Origin: Minisyncoccota bacterium | Lineage (GTDB): Bacteria > Patescibacteriota > Minisyncoccia > Minisyncoccales > JAGOPM01 | Reading direction: 5' to 3' | DNA length: 64,000 nucleotides | NCBI GenBank assembly: GCA_041651395.1 | Contig: JBAZJI010000001.1 | Location: forward strand, 89,169-153,168 | Shown here: positions 10,013-19,317 of the stretch, piece after piece | Position numbering within the stretch: the first letter of the stretch is position 1 | How the letters are laid out: the number at the start of each line of letters is the position of its first letter | Program-made: the position numbers and the translations under genes | The notes under the pieces: model-generated | The model's input: only the letters and a program-made list of their open reading frames with translations | Database searches by the model: none | What the model was told of the DNA's origin: nothing

Positions 10013-10577
10013 ATATTGGGCGCACGAAACAGCCTTCATTTGCCCAGAAGCGCAAATAGGCCAAGGAACAAAAATTTGGAATCATTGCCAAATTTTATCC
10101 GGATGCCAGATAGGGCAGAATTGTACTATTGGGCATAATATTTTAATTGCCAATACGGTTAAAATTGGCAATAATGTCAAAATTCAGTCCAATACTGATG
10201 TTTGGCAGGGGGTAGAATTGCAAGATTATGTTTTTGTCGGCCCCAGTGTTGTTTTTACCAATGACCTTAACCCGCGAGCTGAATTTCCAAAGACTAAAGA
10301 ACAATACTTAAAGACCTTGGTAAAAATTGGAGCTACTCTGGGTGCAAATTCTACTATTGTTTGTGGACATGAAATAGGAAGTTACGCGTTTATTGGGGCA
10401 GGGGCGGTAATAACTGAAAATATTCCCGATTATGCTATTGTTGCTGGCAATCCAGCGAAAATAATAGGGTGGATGTGTCGATGTGGAGAGAAATTGCATT
10501 TTGAATCCGATGGCGCCAAATGCGCAAAATGCCAGAGAAAATATTTGAAAAATGGAGAAGGGGTAAGTGAAATCTAA
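10002..10577 (+). CDS. Left-handed beta-helix N-acetyltransferase (WbpD/WlbB-like)
   Basis: Hexapeptide repeats throughout, and a C-terminal CRCG...CAKC cysteine pair as in WlbB-type enzymes. Confidence 0.8.
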   Translation: MENKYWAHETAFICPEAQIGQGTKIWNHCQILSGCQIGQNCTIGHNILIANTVKIGNNVKIQSNTDVWQGVELQDYVFVGPSVVFTNDLNPRAEFPKTKEQYLKTLVKIGATLGANSTIVCGHEIGSYAFIGAGAVITENIPDYAIVAGNPAKIIGWMCRCGEKLHFESDGAKCAKCQRKYLKNGEGVSEI

Positions 10578-10578
10578 T

Positions 10579-11685
10579 ATGAAGTTTTTTGATTTAACCG
10601 GACAAAATAAGAAAATAAGAAATGAAATTGACCGGGCAATAAGCAGGGTAATTGATTCGGGCGTTTATATCAATGGAGATGAGGTCAAAAAATTTGAAGA
10701 AGGGTTGGCAAAATTTTGCGGCACAAAATATGCCATTTCGTGCAACTCGGGAACAGACGCTCTTTTGTTGTCTTTAAGAGCCTTAGATATTAGGGAGGGG
10801 GATGAAGTAATTACTACTCCATTTACTTTTATAGCTACCGCTTCCACCATTATTTTAGCTGGCGCTAAACCGGTTTTTGCAGATATTGACCCCAATACTT
10901 TGAACATTGATCCTGAGCTAATTGAAAAGAGCATTACCAAAAAAACTAAGGCTATAATTCCAGTCCATATTTTTGGTAGAATGTGCCAAATGGATAAAAT
11001 CTGTAAAATCGCCAAAAAATACAAATTAAAAGTCATTGAAGATAGTGCCCAGTCAATCGGCAGCATTTATAAAGGGAAAAAATCTGGGACTTGGGGGAAT
11101 GCGGGATGTTTCTCTTTTTTTCCCACGAAAAATTTAGGATGTTTTGGTGATGGCGGAGCAATTGTCACTAATGATAAATATTTCTACGGAAAAGCGAGGC
11201 AGCTTAAAAATCACGGGTCGGATGCAAAGAATAAATATCTGCATCTTAAAATAGGCATAAACTCGCGCTTGGATGCCATTCAGGCAGCCGTGCTTTGCGT
11301 CAAATTGAAACATTTGGAAAGTTATAACGGGGCAAGGCAGGAAATCGCGGAGAGTTTCAATAAAAATTTTTGCGGCTTAAACGATATTATAATTCCTGAG
11401 TTTAACGACGGCGAGCATACATTCCACCAATATACTTTGCGCACAAAAAATCGCGAGGTTTTAGCAAAATATTTAGCCGGTAAAGGCATTCCAACCATGA
11501 TTTATTATCCCACTCCGCTCCATTTGCAGCCGGCTTTAGAAAATTTGGGATATAAAAAAGGAGATTTTCCTCATTGCGAGCAGGCATGCAAAGAAGTCAT
11601 TTCTTTGCCGGTCTGGCCAGAATTAAGCGCACAGGAGAAAAATTCTATAATCAAATCAATAAATAATTTTTTTAAGAAATTGTAA
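10579..11685 (+). CDS. DegT/DnrJ/EryC1-family PLP aminotransferase (WbpE-like)
   Basis: MKFFDLTGQ start typical of the family and the PLP-lysine motif SFFPTKNLG. The ATG at 10579 lies just after the upstream TAA; the ORF track's ATG at 10567 is also possible. Confidence 0.88.
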   Translation: MKFFDLTGQNKKIRNEIDRAISRVIDSGVYINGDEVKKFEEGLAKFCGTKYAISCNSGTDALLLSLRALDIREGDEVITTPFTFIATASTIILAGAKPVFADIDPNTLNIDPELIEKSITKKTKAIIPVHIFGRMCQMDKICKIAKKYKLKVIEDSAQSIGSIYKGKKSGTWGNAGCFSFFPTKNLGCFGDGGAIVTNDKYFYGKARQLKNHGSDAKNKYLHLKIGINSRLDAIQAAVLCVKLKHLESYNGARQEIAESFNKNFCGLNDIIIPEFNDGEHTFHQYTLRTKNREVLAKYLAGKGIPTMIYYPTPLHLQPALENLGYKKGDFPHCEQACKEVISLPVWPELSAQEKNSIIKSINNFFKKL

Positions 11686-11727
11686 ATCCTGGCATTATTT
11701 TGATGTTTATAAAAGCAAGCAGAAAAT

Positions 11728-12702
11728 ATGGCAAAAAATAAATTAAAAGTTGCCGTAATCGGTGCGGGTAATATGGGCAAAAACCATGTGCGTGTTTATT
11801 CTGAGCTGCCAAACTGCCAGCTTGTTGCTATCTGCGATATAAATGAAGATTTAGCTAGGCAGTTCGGAGAAAAATATAGGTGCAATTATTATCAGGATTT
11901 TAGGCAAATGCTTGATAGCGAAGAATTAGATGCGGTCTCGGTTGTTGTTCCTACAAAATCGCATAAAGCCATTGCCGTTGAAATTTTGAAGCGCAAAATA
12001 AATTGTCTAGTGGAAAAACCGATTGCTTTCAATATAGCCGAGGGCCAGGCCATCATTAGTGCCGCCAGGGCCTCTGGCGCATTGCTGTCAGTCGGCCATA
12101 TTGAACGGTTTAATCCGGCTGTGGCCAAACTTTTGGATTTAGTTGAAGATGGCGTCTTGGGGTCAATAATTTCCATAGAGGCGCAAAGAGTAGGGCCCTA
12201 TGTGCCAAAAAACAGGGATACGGGGGTCTTAATTGATTTAGCGGTCCATGATATTGATATAATCAATCACTTGCTTAAGTCAGGGCCCCAAAAAGTTTAT
12301 TCAAAGGGAGGGAGGATAGTAGACGAAATTTTTGAAGATCATGCCGAGATATTTTTGGATTACGGAAAAACGAGCGGCTATGTCCAGGTAAATTGGATTA
12401 CGCCACTTAAAATCCGCCGGCTGCGTGTTACCGGATCAAAGGGCTATGCAGAACTGGACTACATCACGCAAAAGCTTTTTGTCTGTGATACATATTACAA
12501 AGTGAATGTTAAAAAAATAGGAAAAGAGAAATTGGATACTTCGGGGCAAAGAGAAATACCGATCAAATTTAGAGAACCAATCAAAGAAGAGCTCAAATCA
12601 TTTTTAGATTGTGTTTTAAAAAATAAAAAGCCGATGGTATCTGGCGAAGAGGGGCTTTTAGCGTTGGACATTACCCTTAAGGCCTTAAAAAGAATGCGAT
12701 AA
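11728..12702 (+). CDS. Gfo/Idh/MocA oxidoreductase (WbpB-like UDP-GlcNAcA 3-dehydrogenase candidate)
   Basis: VAVIGAGNMGKNH, LVEKPIA and GHIERFNPA motifs. 324 aa. Confidence 0.8.
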   Translation: MAKNKLKVAVIGAGNMGKNHVRVYSELPNCQLVAICDINEDLARQFGEKYRCNYYQDFRQMLDSEELDAVSVVVPTKSHKAIAVEILKRKINCLVEKPIAFNIAEGQAIISAARASGALLSVGHIERFNPAVAKLLDLVEDGVLGSIISIEAQRVGPYVPKNRDTGVLIDLAVHDIDIINHLLKSGPQKVYSKGGRIVDEIFEDHAEIFLDYGKTSGYVQVNWITPLKIRRLRVTGSKGYAELDYITQKLFVCDTYYKVNVKKIGKEKLDTSGQREIPIKFREPIKEELKSFLDCVLKNKKPMVSGEEGLLALDITLKALKRMR

Positions 12703-12723
12703 AAAAATTAAGAAATATATATT

Positions 12724-13302
12724 ATGGACGATAGGGTCAAAAAAACATTGGCATTAATTAATACAACAAAAAAGACTATTTTAGATATTGGGTGTAATGA
12801 AGGGGGAATATCAGAAATGTTAGCAAATAAAGGGCATAATGTTGTTGGAATAGATATCTGCCAAAGAGCAATAGATATTGCCAAGACAAGACGGAGAGAT
12901 AATTTGAAATTCATTTGTGGAGATATTTTAAAAACAGAAATGCCAAGATTTGATACAATACTTTTTTTAGAAACAATCGAACATATAGATAATCCAAATT
13001 ATTATCTTTCAAGAATAAAGGAATTGCTCAAAGATGACGGAGAATTGATTATATCCACTCCAAACTCTATAGGTTTATGAAATATACTTTATAATCTTAA
13101 GCACACGTATGATTTTCGAAAGTTAGTAGAAGACAAATATGACATTGAAACCGAGAAGGGGCATATCGTGTCTTATGAAAAAATAACCCTTTATAGGCTG
13201 CTTTATAAGCATGGCTTTGAATTGATTAAATTTGTTGAAGCACACAAATTCCACCCCAAGGTATATCAAAGCTTAATAATGAAACTTAAAAAAGCAATTT
13301 AA
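12724..13302 (+). pseudogene. Class I SAM-dependent methyltransferase interrupted by an in-frame TGA (13078-13080)
   Basis: Motif I ILDIGCNEGG. After the TGA the same frame stays open for 73 more codons to the TAA at 13300-13302, and those codons encode a methyltransferase-like C-terminus (GHIVSYEKITLYRLLYKHGFELIKF). Confidence 0.7.
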
Positions 13303-13352
13303 GTTTATTAAATGCTTTGCATGTTACGAATTAAAGTTCTGGAAAGAATGCA

Positions 13353-14324
13353 ATGAAACAATTAAGTTTTGTAGATAAAAATATCTTAATAACGGGCGGC
13401 GCGGGTTTTGTCGGAAGCAATCTGGCAAGATTTTTGATTAAAGAAAGACCTGCCCGGATTATCATAGTTGATAATTTTTTTCTCGGAAAAAAGGAAAATG
13501 TTGAGCCATTAAAAAAGGAATTTCCGGCTTTGGAAGTTGTAGAGCATGACGCGCAGGATTATGATTTTATGGCCGCATTGCTGGAAAAGTTTAATATTGA
13601 TATTGTCTACAATTTGGCAACTCAAACATTGCTCCATTCTTTTGACGATCCCGAAAGCACTTTTTTAGTTAATGTTGAGCTTTGCGCCGTTTTGCTCAAA
13701 TTGCTCCGCCATGGGAAATTTAAGACGCTAATCCATTTTTCTTCATCAGAGGTCTATGGTTCGCAGGAAAAAGGAAAGATAAGTGAGAAGCATTATTTCG
13801 GATCCAAGACCCCTTATGCGGCCGGAAAAGCAGCTGCGGATTTGATGATACGCTCTTATCTGAACATTTTTCCCAATCTTGATATTGCTGTTGTCAGGCC
13901 GTTTAATATGTATGGCCCGTTTCAAAATGAAGGTTTATATGCTGGGGTAGTGCCGATTACCATTAAAAAGATTTTGCAAAAAGAAAAGCCGGTTTTGCAG
14001 GGTACGGGCAGCCAGTCGCGAGATTTTATTTTTGTTGAAGATGCAGTCAATGCCGCGCTTGAAATTTATAAAAATCCCAAAACCCGCGCAAGAGAGATAA
14101 ATATTGCCAGCGGCCAAGAAACAAAAATAAAAGATTTAATTGCCGCCATTTGCAAAGAGCTCGGGTATAAAGGAAAAATTATCAAAAAACCGCAAAGGCC
14201 AGGAGATGTGATGCGCCATTGCGCCGATATTAGTTTGGCCAAGAAATTAATCGGATTTAAGCCAAAAACAAGTTTGGCTCAGGGTCTCAAAAAAACGATT
14301 AAATATTATAAAGAAATCTTATGA
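13353..14324 (+). CDS. NAD-dependent sugar epimerase/dehydratase (4,6-dehydratase-like SDR)
   Basis: ILITGGAGFVGSNLA Rossmann motif and YxxxK (YAAGKAA). 323 aa. Confidence 0.82.
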   Translation: MKQLSFVDKNILITGGAGFVGSNLARFLIKERPARIIIVDNFFLGKKENVEPLKKEFPALEVVEHDAQDYDFMAALLEKFNIDIVYNLATQTLLHSFDDPESTFLVNVELCAVLLKLLRHGKFKTLIHFSSSEVYGSQEKGKISEKHYFGSKTPYAAGKAAADLMIRSYLNIFPNLDIAVVRPFNMYGPFQNEGLYAGVVPITIKKILQKEKPVLQGTGSQSRDFIFVEDAVNAALEIYKNPKTRAREINIASGQETKIKDLIAAICKELGYKGKIIKKPQRPGDVMRHCADISLAKKLIGFKPKTSLAQGLKKTIKYYKEIL

Positions 14325-15445
14325 ATAAAATCCCCCTGATTAAGCCGGAAATTCCCCTGGCTCCGACAATAAAAGAAATTAAAAGGGCGTTTGAGAGCGG
14401 CATTTTGACCAAAGGGCCCAATGTTTTGGCATTTGAAAAAATGATTGCCAAGTATGTCGGAACAAAATATGCCTTCTCAACTACTTCTGCCACAACCGCT
14501 CTCCATTTGTCCTTGGTTGCCATGGGGGTTAAACAGGGAGATGAGGTTTTGGTTTCTGATTTTACTTTTCCAGCCACGGCCAATATTGTCGTTCAGGCAG
14601 GAGCAACTCCGGTTTTAGTTGATATCAATCTTGATACTTTTAATATCAATTTTTCTGATTTGGAAAAAAAGATAACGCCCAAAACAAAAGCCATAATTTG
14701 CGTGGATGCTTTTGGCAATCCGATTAATATGAAAGTTTTAATGGGAATTGCCAAAAAACACAATTTAAAAGTTATTGAAGATGCGGCCTGCGCTTTGGGC
14801 TCGCGTTTTGGCAGCAATATGTCTGGAGGCCTGGCTGATGCGGGCTGCTTCAGCTTTCATCCGCGCAAATCAATTACGACTGGCGAGGGTGGAATGATTG
14901 TGGCAAACGATGATAGTTTGGCCGAAAAGATTTCAATTTTAAGAAATCACGGAGGAGTTTTGGACGAACAGCTTGGATACTCGCAGTTTGTGGAAGCAGG
15001 ATTTAATTACCGCATGTCAGAAGTTCAGGCCATTATGGGTATTTCCCAAATGAAAATAATTGAAAAGATAATTAAGGTAAGGATTTTGATTGCGGAAAAA
15101 TATTTGAAAATGCTCTCTGGCGTAAAGGGCATTACTCTGCCCATACTTAAAAAGGGGGCAAGGCACACGTTTCAGTCGTTTGTTGTTTTATTGGATAAAA
15201 ATATTGACAGGGATTTGGTGATAAAAAAAATGCGGAGCAAAGGCATTGAAACGACTCTTGGAACCTATGCTTTGCACGCCCAGCCATTTTTCATGAGGCA
15301 ATACGGTTATAAGGCAGGGAATTTGAATAATTCATATACTGCTTTCAGGCAATCCCTCACTCTGCCGTTATTTGGAAAATTGAGCGATGCCGATCTTAAA
15401 TATATATGTGCCTCTCTAATTGATTGCATTAAGTACAATGATTGA
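14321..15445 (+). CDS. DegT/DnrJ/EryC1-family PLP aminotransferase
   Basis: SFHPRKSIT PLP-lysine motif. ATGA overlap with the upstream gene. Confidence 0.88.
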   Translation: MNKIPLIKPEIPLAPTIKEIKRAFESGILTKGPNVLAFEKMIAKYVGTKYAFSTTSATTALHLSLVAMGVKQGDEVLVSDFTFPATANIVVQAGATPVLVDINLDTFNINFSDLEKKITPKTKAIICVDAFGNPINMKVLMGIAKKHNLKVIEDAACALGSRFGSNMSGGLADAGCFSFHPRKSITTGEGGMIVANDDSLAEKISILRNHGGVLDEQLGYSQFVEAGFNYRMSEVQAIMGISQMKIIEKIIKVRILIAEKYLKMLSGVKGITLPILKKGARHTFQSFVVLLDKNIDRDLVIKKMRSKGIETTLGTYALHAQPFFMRQYGYKAGNLNNSYTAFRQSLTLPLFGKLSDADLKYICASLIDCIKYND

Positions 15446-16448
15446 AATAATTGAACTTAAAGCGGATAATTTTGGTAAATACAGTGATTTTTTATTAAAC
15501 GCTGAGACTTCTTTGTTTTACCACTCAATTAAGTATAAAGAATTTATTGAGAGGCTGCTTAATTGCCAATCGCATTATTTATTGGCTTGTGAGAATGATA
15601 AAATATTAGCCGCGCTTCCCTTGATGTCTTGCGAGGGAAAATTCGGAAAAGTTTATAATTCGCTTCCTTATTATGGAAGCAATGGCGGAATAGTCGGCAG
15701 CAATGTTTTGGCCTGCGAGGCGTTAATAAAGGAATATCGGACCTTGGCTGAAAATTGCTCTTCGGCAACCATTATTGAAAATCCATTAGAGAATTATAAT
15801 TACGATTCTCTACCTATCGATTATCAGGGCCAGAGAATCAGTTTTATAAACAGTTTGGATTTCCCTGAGGATGATTATTTGTTGGCTAATATTGAGTCCT
15901 CTACAAGGCGAAATATTAAAAAGGCCCAGTCGTTTGGAATTAAATGCGAAGTTGATAATTCTTTAATGTTTTACTTGCAGTCAACGCACTATGAAAATAT
16001 GGGGCGTATTGGGGGTATTCCTAAAAATCCGGAATTTTTCCAAAATATTTCTAAATATTTTTGCGCTGGAGAGGACTATAACATTTATGCAGCTAAAAAA
16101 GGAGGCGAGATAGTCGCCGCCCTTTTACTGTTTTATTTTAACGGCACCGTTGAGTATTTTGTCCCCGTTATTACGAAGGAATTCAGAGAAATGCAGCCTC
16201 TTGCCCTAATTATCTATCAGGCTATGCTTGATAGCGCCAAGCAGGGGTTTAGGCGGTGGAATTGGGGCGGGACCTGGCTTTCCCAGGAAGGCGTCTATCG
16301 TTTCAAAAAAAAATGGGGCGGTAAAGAAGGGCGCTACCGCTATTTGACTAAGATTAATAATCAGGATATTTTGAAAGCAAAGAAAGAAGAAATCTCTTTG
16401 GAGTATCCGAATTTTTTTGTGGTGCCTTATGATAAATTGAAGACATGA
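15438..16448 (+). CDS. FemAB-like (GNAT-fold) aminoacyl/peptidyl transferase family protein
   Basis: C-terminal YRFKKKWGG motif characteristic of FemABX-type enzymes. The start could be 15420 or 15438. Confidence 0.65.
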   Translation: MIEIIELKADNFGKYSDFLLNAETSLFYHSIKYKEFIERLLNCQSHYLLACENDKILAALPLMSCEGKFGKVYNSLPYYGSNGGIVGSNVLACEALIKEYRTLAENCSSATIIENPLENYNYDSLPIDYQGQRISFINSLDFPEDDYLLANIESSTRRNIKKAQSFGIKCEVDNSLMFYLQSTHYENMGRIGGIPKNPEFFQNISKYFCAGEDYNIYAAKKGGEIVAALLLFYFNGTVEYFVPVITKEFREMQPLALIIYQAMLDSAKQGFRRWNWGGTWLSQEGVYRFKKKWGGKEGRYRYLTKINNQDILKAKKEEISLEYPNFFVVPYDKLKT

Positions 16449-17068
16449 TTAAAAAGACCATACAAAACATTGAACGCCTTTATACCGGGAATTTAGAAAA
16501 ATATGGCAAAGACCCAAAGAGTTTGGGTTGGAAAGACGAGGCTTCGCAGGTTTTGCGTTTTGAAAAACTTGTTGAGTGTCTATACGCCGATATGAAGCGT
16601 GGCCCGGCCAATGTTTCTGATTTGGGATGCGGGTATGGGTCGCTTTACGATTTTTTAACCGTTAATGGGATAAAAATATCAAATTATTACGGATATGATA
16701 TCAGCAAAAAAATGATTGACGCCGCATCCTCGCGCCTAAATAACAAAAATTGCCGGTTTATTTGTGATTCGCAAATGAAAATTAAATGCGATTATTCTTT
16801 TGCTTCGGGAATATTTAATGTATCTCTTGGAGAAAAGTCAAAAACATGGGAGGCATTTATGAAAGAAACGCTTGGGAATATGAACGAAGTTTCTCAAAAA
16901 GGTTTTGCCTTTAATGCTATGACTAAATATGTTGATTTTAAGGATAATGACTTGTATTACGCAGATCCGGAATTCTGGTTTGGTTATTGTAAGAATAATT
17001 TTTCTAAAAAAGTTAACTTAATCCACGATTACCCGTTGTGGGAATTTACGATAGTTGTAAAAAAATAA
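16445..17068 (+). CDS. Class I SAM-dependent methyltransferase
   Basis: Motif I VSDLGCGYGS followed by YGYDIS. ATGA overlap upstream. Confidence 0.8.
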   Translation: MIKKTIQNIERLYTGNLEKYGKDPKSLGWKDEASQVLRFEKLVECLYADMKRGPANVSDLGCGYGSLYDFLTVNGIKISNYYGYDISKKMIDAASSRLNNKNCRFICDSQMKIKCDYSFASGIFNVSLGEKSKTWEAFMKETLGNMNEVSQKGFAFNAMTKYVDFKDNDLYYADPEFWFGYCKNNFSKKVNLIHDYPLWEFTIVVKK

Positions 17069-17069
17069 T

Positions 17070-17987
17070 ATGTTTTGGAAGAAAAGCGGCATTATCATTG
17101 AGCCACAAAAGCAGTATAAATGGAGCCAAAGCCATTGCGCTTTGCCCACAGCCTTGCATTTAAGGGGCTGCCTTTACAGAATTTATTTTGCTACTCGGGA
17201 CGCTCAAAATAGGTCGCATACCTCTTATGCTGATGTTGATTTTTCCGATAATGTTAAAGTATTAAACTATGCTCGAAAGCCGGTTTTGGAACCAGGAATG
17301 CCTGGGCATTTTGATGATTGCGGCGCCATACCGACCAGTATTGTCAGAAACGGCTCAAAAATATTTCTTTATTACGTTGGTTGGAATACCGGCAAAAGTG
17401 ATCCTATTTTTTATACATCTGCGGGCTTAGCTATAAGTGAAGATAACGGGAATACGTTTAAAAAATACGGCCCACCTATAATGGAGCGAAGCCAATATGA
17501 TCCATGGGCAGTGCTTTCCTATTTTGTCCGCAAGGAAGAAAATGCATGGAAGATGTGGTATGTTTCCGGTTTGGGCTTCAAAAAAAGAGGGAATAAAATT
17601 AGTTCGTATTATAATATTAAATATGCGACTTCAAGCAATGGAATTGATTGGAAAAGAGATGGCACGACTTGCCTGGATTTTTCCTCCAAAAAGGAAACGA
17701 ACATAGCCAGGCCTTGGGTCATACTTGAAGAAGGGATTTATAAGATGTGGTTTTGTTATAATAAAGGCAAGGGATACCGTATAGGATACGCTCAGTCAAA
17801 GGACGGTATTAAATGGAAGCGGAAGGATAATGATTTTGGCTTAGATGTTACTAACAATAACTGGGATAGTGAGATTACAACATATCCTTGTATTATTGAA
17901 TGCAACGGCAATAAAGCATTGCTTTATAATGGAAATGGATATGGAAAGGAGGGGATAGGATTAGCAACCAGCAAAATAAAAATATGA
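17070..17987 (+). CDS. Beta-propeller protein resembling the GH32/43/68/130 glycosidase-like superfamily
   Basis: Repeated W-rich beta-blade-like segments (IFLYYVGW, WKMWYVSG, YKMWFCYN, DGIKWKR). The assignment is by resemblance only. Confidence 0.4.
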   Translation: MFWKKSGIIIEPQKQYKWSQSHCALPTALHLRGCLYRIYFATRDAQNRSHTSYADVDFSDNVKVLNYARKPVLEPGMPGHFDDCGAIPTSIVRNGSKIFLYYVGWNTGKSDPIFYTSAGLAISEDNGNTFKKYGPPIMERSQYDPWAVLSYFVRKEENAWKMWYVSGLGFKKRGNKISSYYNIKYATSSNGIDWKRDGTTCLDFSSKKETNIARPWVILEEGIYKMWFCYNKGKGYRIGYAQSKDGIKWKRKDNDFGLDVTNNNWDSEITTYPCIIECNGNKALLYNGNGYGKEGIGLATSKIKI

Positions 17988-18664
17988 GCGAAAAAAAATC
18001 AAAAGAAATTATAATAATGGGGACAGGGCCTTTTGCTGAGGTGGCGCATTATTATTTCAAAAATGATAGTAATTTCTCCCCGGTCGTTTTTTGTGCAAAC
18101 CAAAACTATATTTTGCCGGAAAACAATCAGCTGCTCGGGCTGCCGGTTTTGCCCTTTGAGACAATAGAGAATGTTTATCCTCCTTCAAAATATTCAATGT
18201 TTGTGGCAGTCGGATATTCCAAAATGAATAAGGTGCGGGAAAAGTGCTGCCTGACTGCGCGCCAAAAGGGATACGGATTAGTAACGTATTTGAGCAGCCA
18301 GGCGCACATTGCCAAAGATTTGGAGATTGGAGACAACTGTTTTATTCTTGAGGATAATACCATCCAGCCGTTTGTAAAAATCGGCAACAATGTAATATTG
18401 TGGAGCGGAAATCACATCGGGCACCACGTTACCATAGATGATAATAATTTTATTTCTTCGCATGTCGTGGTAGCTGGTTCGGCTAAAATCGGGAGAAATT
18501 GCTTTTTGGGGATTAATTCCAATATCAGGGAAGCGGCAATAATCGGCAAAGAAAATCTTATCGGCGCGGGCGCGCTAATAATGAAAGATACGCAGGATTT
18601 TGAGGTTTATATTACTCCGCGCACCAAGCCGGATGTACGCAAATCATTCGAGATGGATTTTTAA
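17984..18664 (+). CDS. NeuD/PglD-family sugar N/O-acetyltransferase
   Basis: N-terminal Rossmann-like IIIMGTGPFAEVA followed by C-terminal hexapeptide repeats. Confidence 0.8.
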   Translation: MSEKKSKEIIIMGTGPFAEVAHYYFKNDSNFSPVVFCANQNYILPENNQLLGLPVLPFETIENVYPPSKYSMFVAVGYSKMNKVREKCCLTARQKGYGLVTYLSSQAHIAKDLEIGDNCFILEDNTIQPFVKIGNNVILWSGNHIGHHVTIDDNNFISSHVVVAGSAKIGRNCFLGINSNIREAAIIGKENLIGAGALIMKDTQDFEVYITPRTKPDVRKSFEMDF

Positions 18665-19317
18665 TTGCGATTTTTGAGCTCGGCAAATAGGCCAACTGCG
18701 CGAGTCAGGCCTATTTTTTTGTACATTAAGTATTCCAAAAAGCTTGGCCAAAATGGAAGATATTTTAATATATGGTCGAGCTGGATGGGAAAGGGGTTAT
18801 ATCCGAATAGTTCAAAATCAAAATCTTTAATCAATTCTTTGAGGTTTTTTGCGGAGATTTTGTGCTTGCGGGAAAAATAGGCATTGTTTCCATTGGGGGT
18901 TGTCAGCAGTATTGCGCCTTCGGGCTTTAGAAATTTTTTAACATGAGATATCATTTCGCGAGATGTTTTTTGGCAGGCAAAGTCATACTGCGGCAAGACA
19001 TCGGCTAAAACAATAATATCAAAAAATTGTTCTTCAAATTGCAGATTAAACATATCTTGCTTGTTAATATCGGCTTTTGGATTAAGCTTTTTGGCTATCT
19101 CAACTAATGTCTGATCAAAATCTATTCCAAAAATTTCATTATCTTTTGGCATGCAGGATATAATAATTCCAATCCCGCAGCCGATATCTAAGATTTTTTT
19201 ATTATGAAATTTGGAAAGTTTTTCGCAAAGAAAATACCGCACATCAAGCGGGTCGCCCCAGTAGCATTGGGGTGCGTATTTTTTGAATGAACTATTGATA
19301 TTATCTCTCAAATTCAT
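18661..19317 (-). CDS. Class I SAM-dependent methyltransferase
   Basis: Motif I ILDIGCGIGI. The start at 19317 gives an ATGA overlap with the upstream FemAB-like gene. It shares a TTAA stop overlap with the convergent gene at 18661-18664. Confidence 0.8.
   Translation of the reverse strand: MNLRDNINSSFKKYAPQCYWGDPLDVRYFLCEKLSKFHNKKILDIGCGIGIIISCMPKDNEIFGIDFDQTLVEIAKKLNPKADINKQDMFNLQFEEQFFDIIVLADVLPQYDFACQKTSREMISHVKKFLKPEGAILLTTPNGNNAYFSRKHKISAKNLKELIKDFDFELFGYNPFPIQLDHILKYLPFWPSFLEYLMYKKIGLTRAVGLFAELKNRN

Noticed and set aside
13078-13080. UGA reassignment (genetic code 4 or 25) as the explanation for the in-frame TGA
   Set aside because: At least eight confident genes in the window terminate at TGA, for example at 6450, 14324, 15445, 16448, 17987, 19314, 21333 and 31882. 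RF2 with its UGA-sensing frameshift is also encoded.
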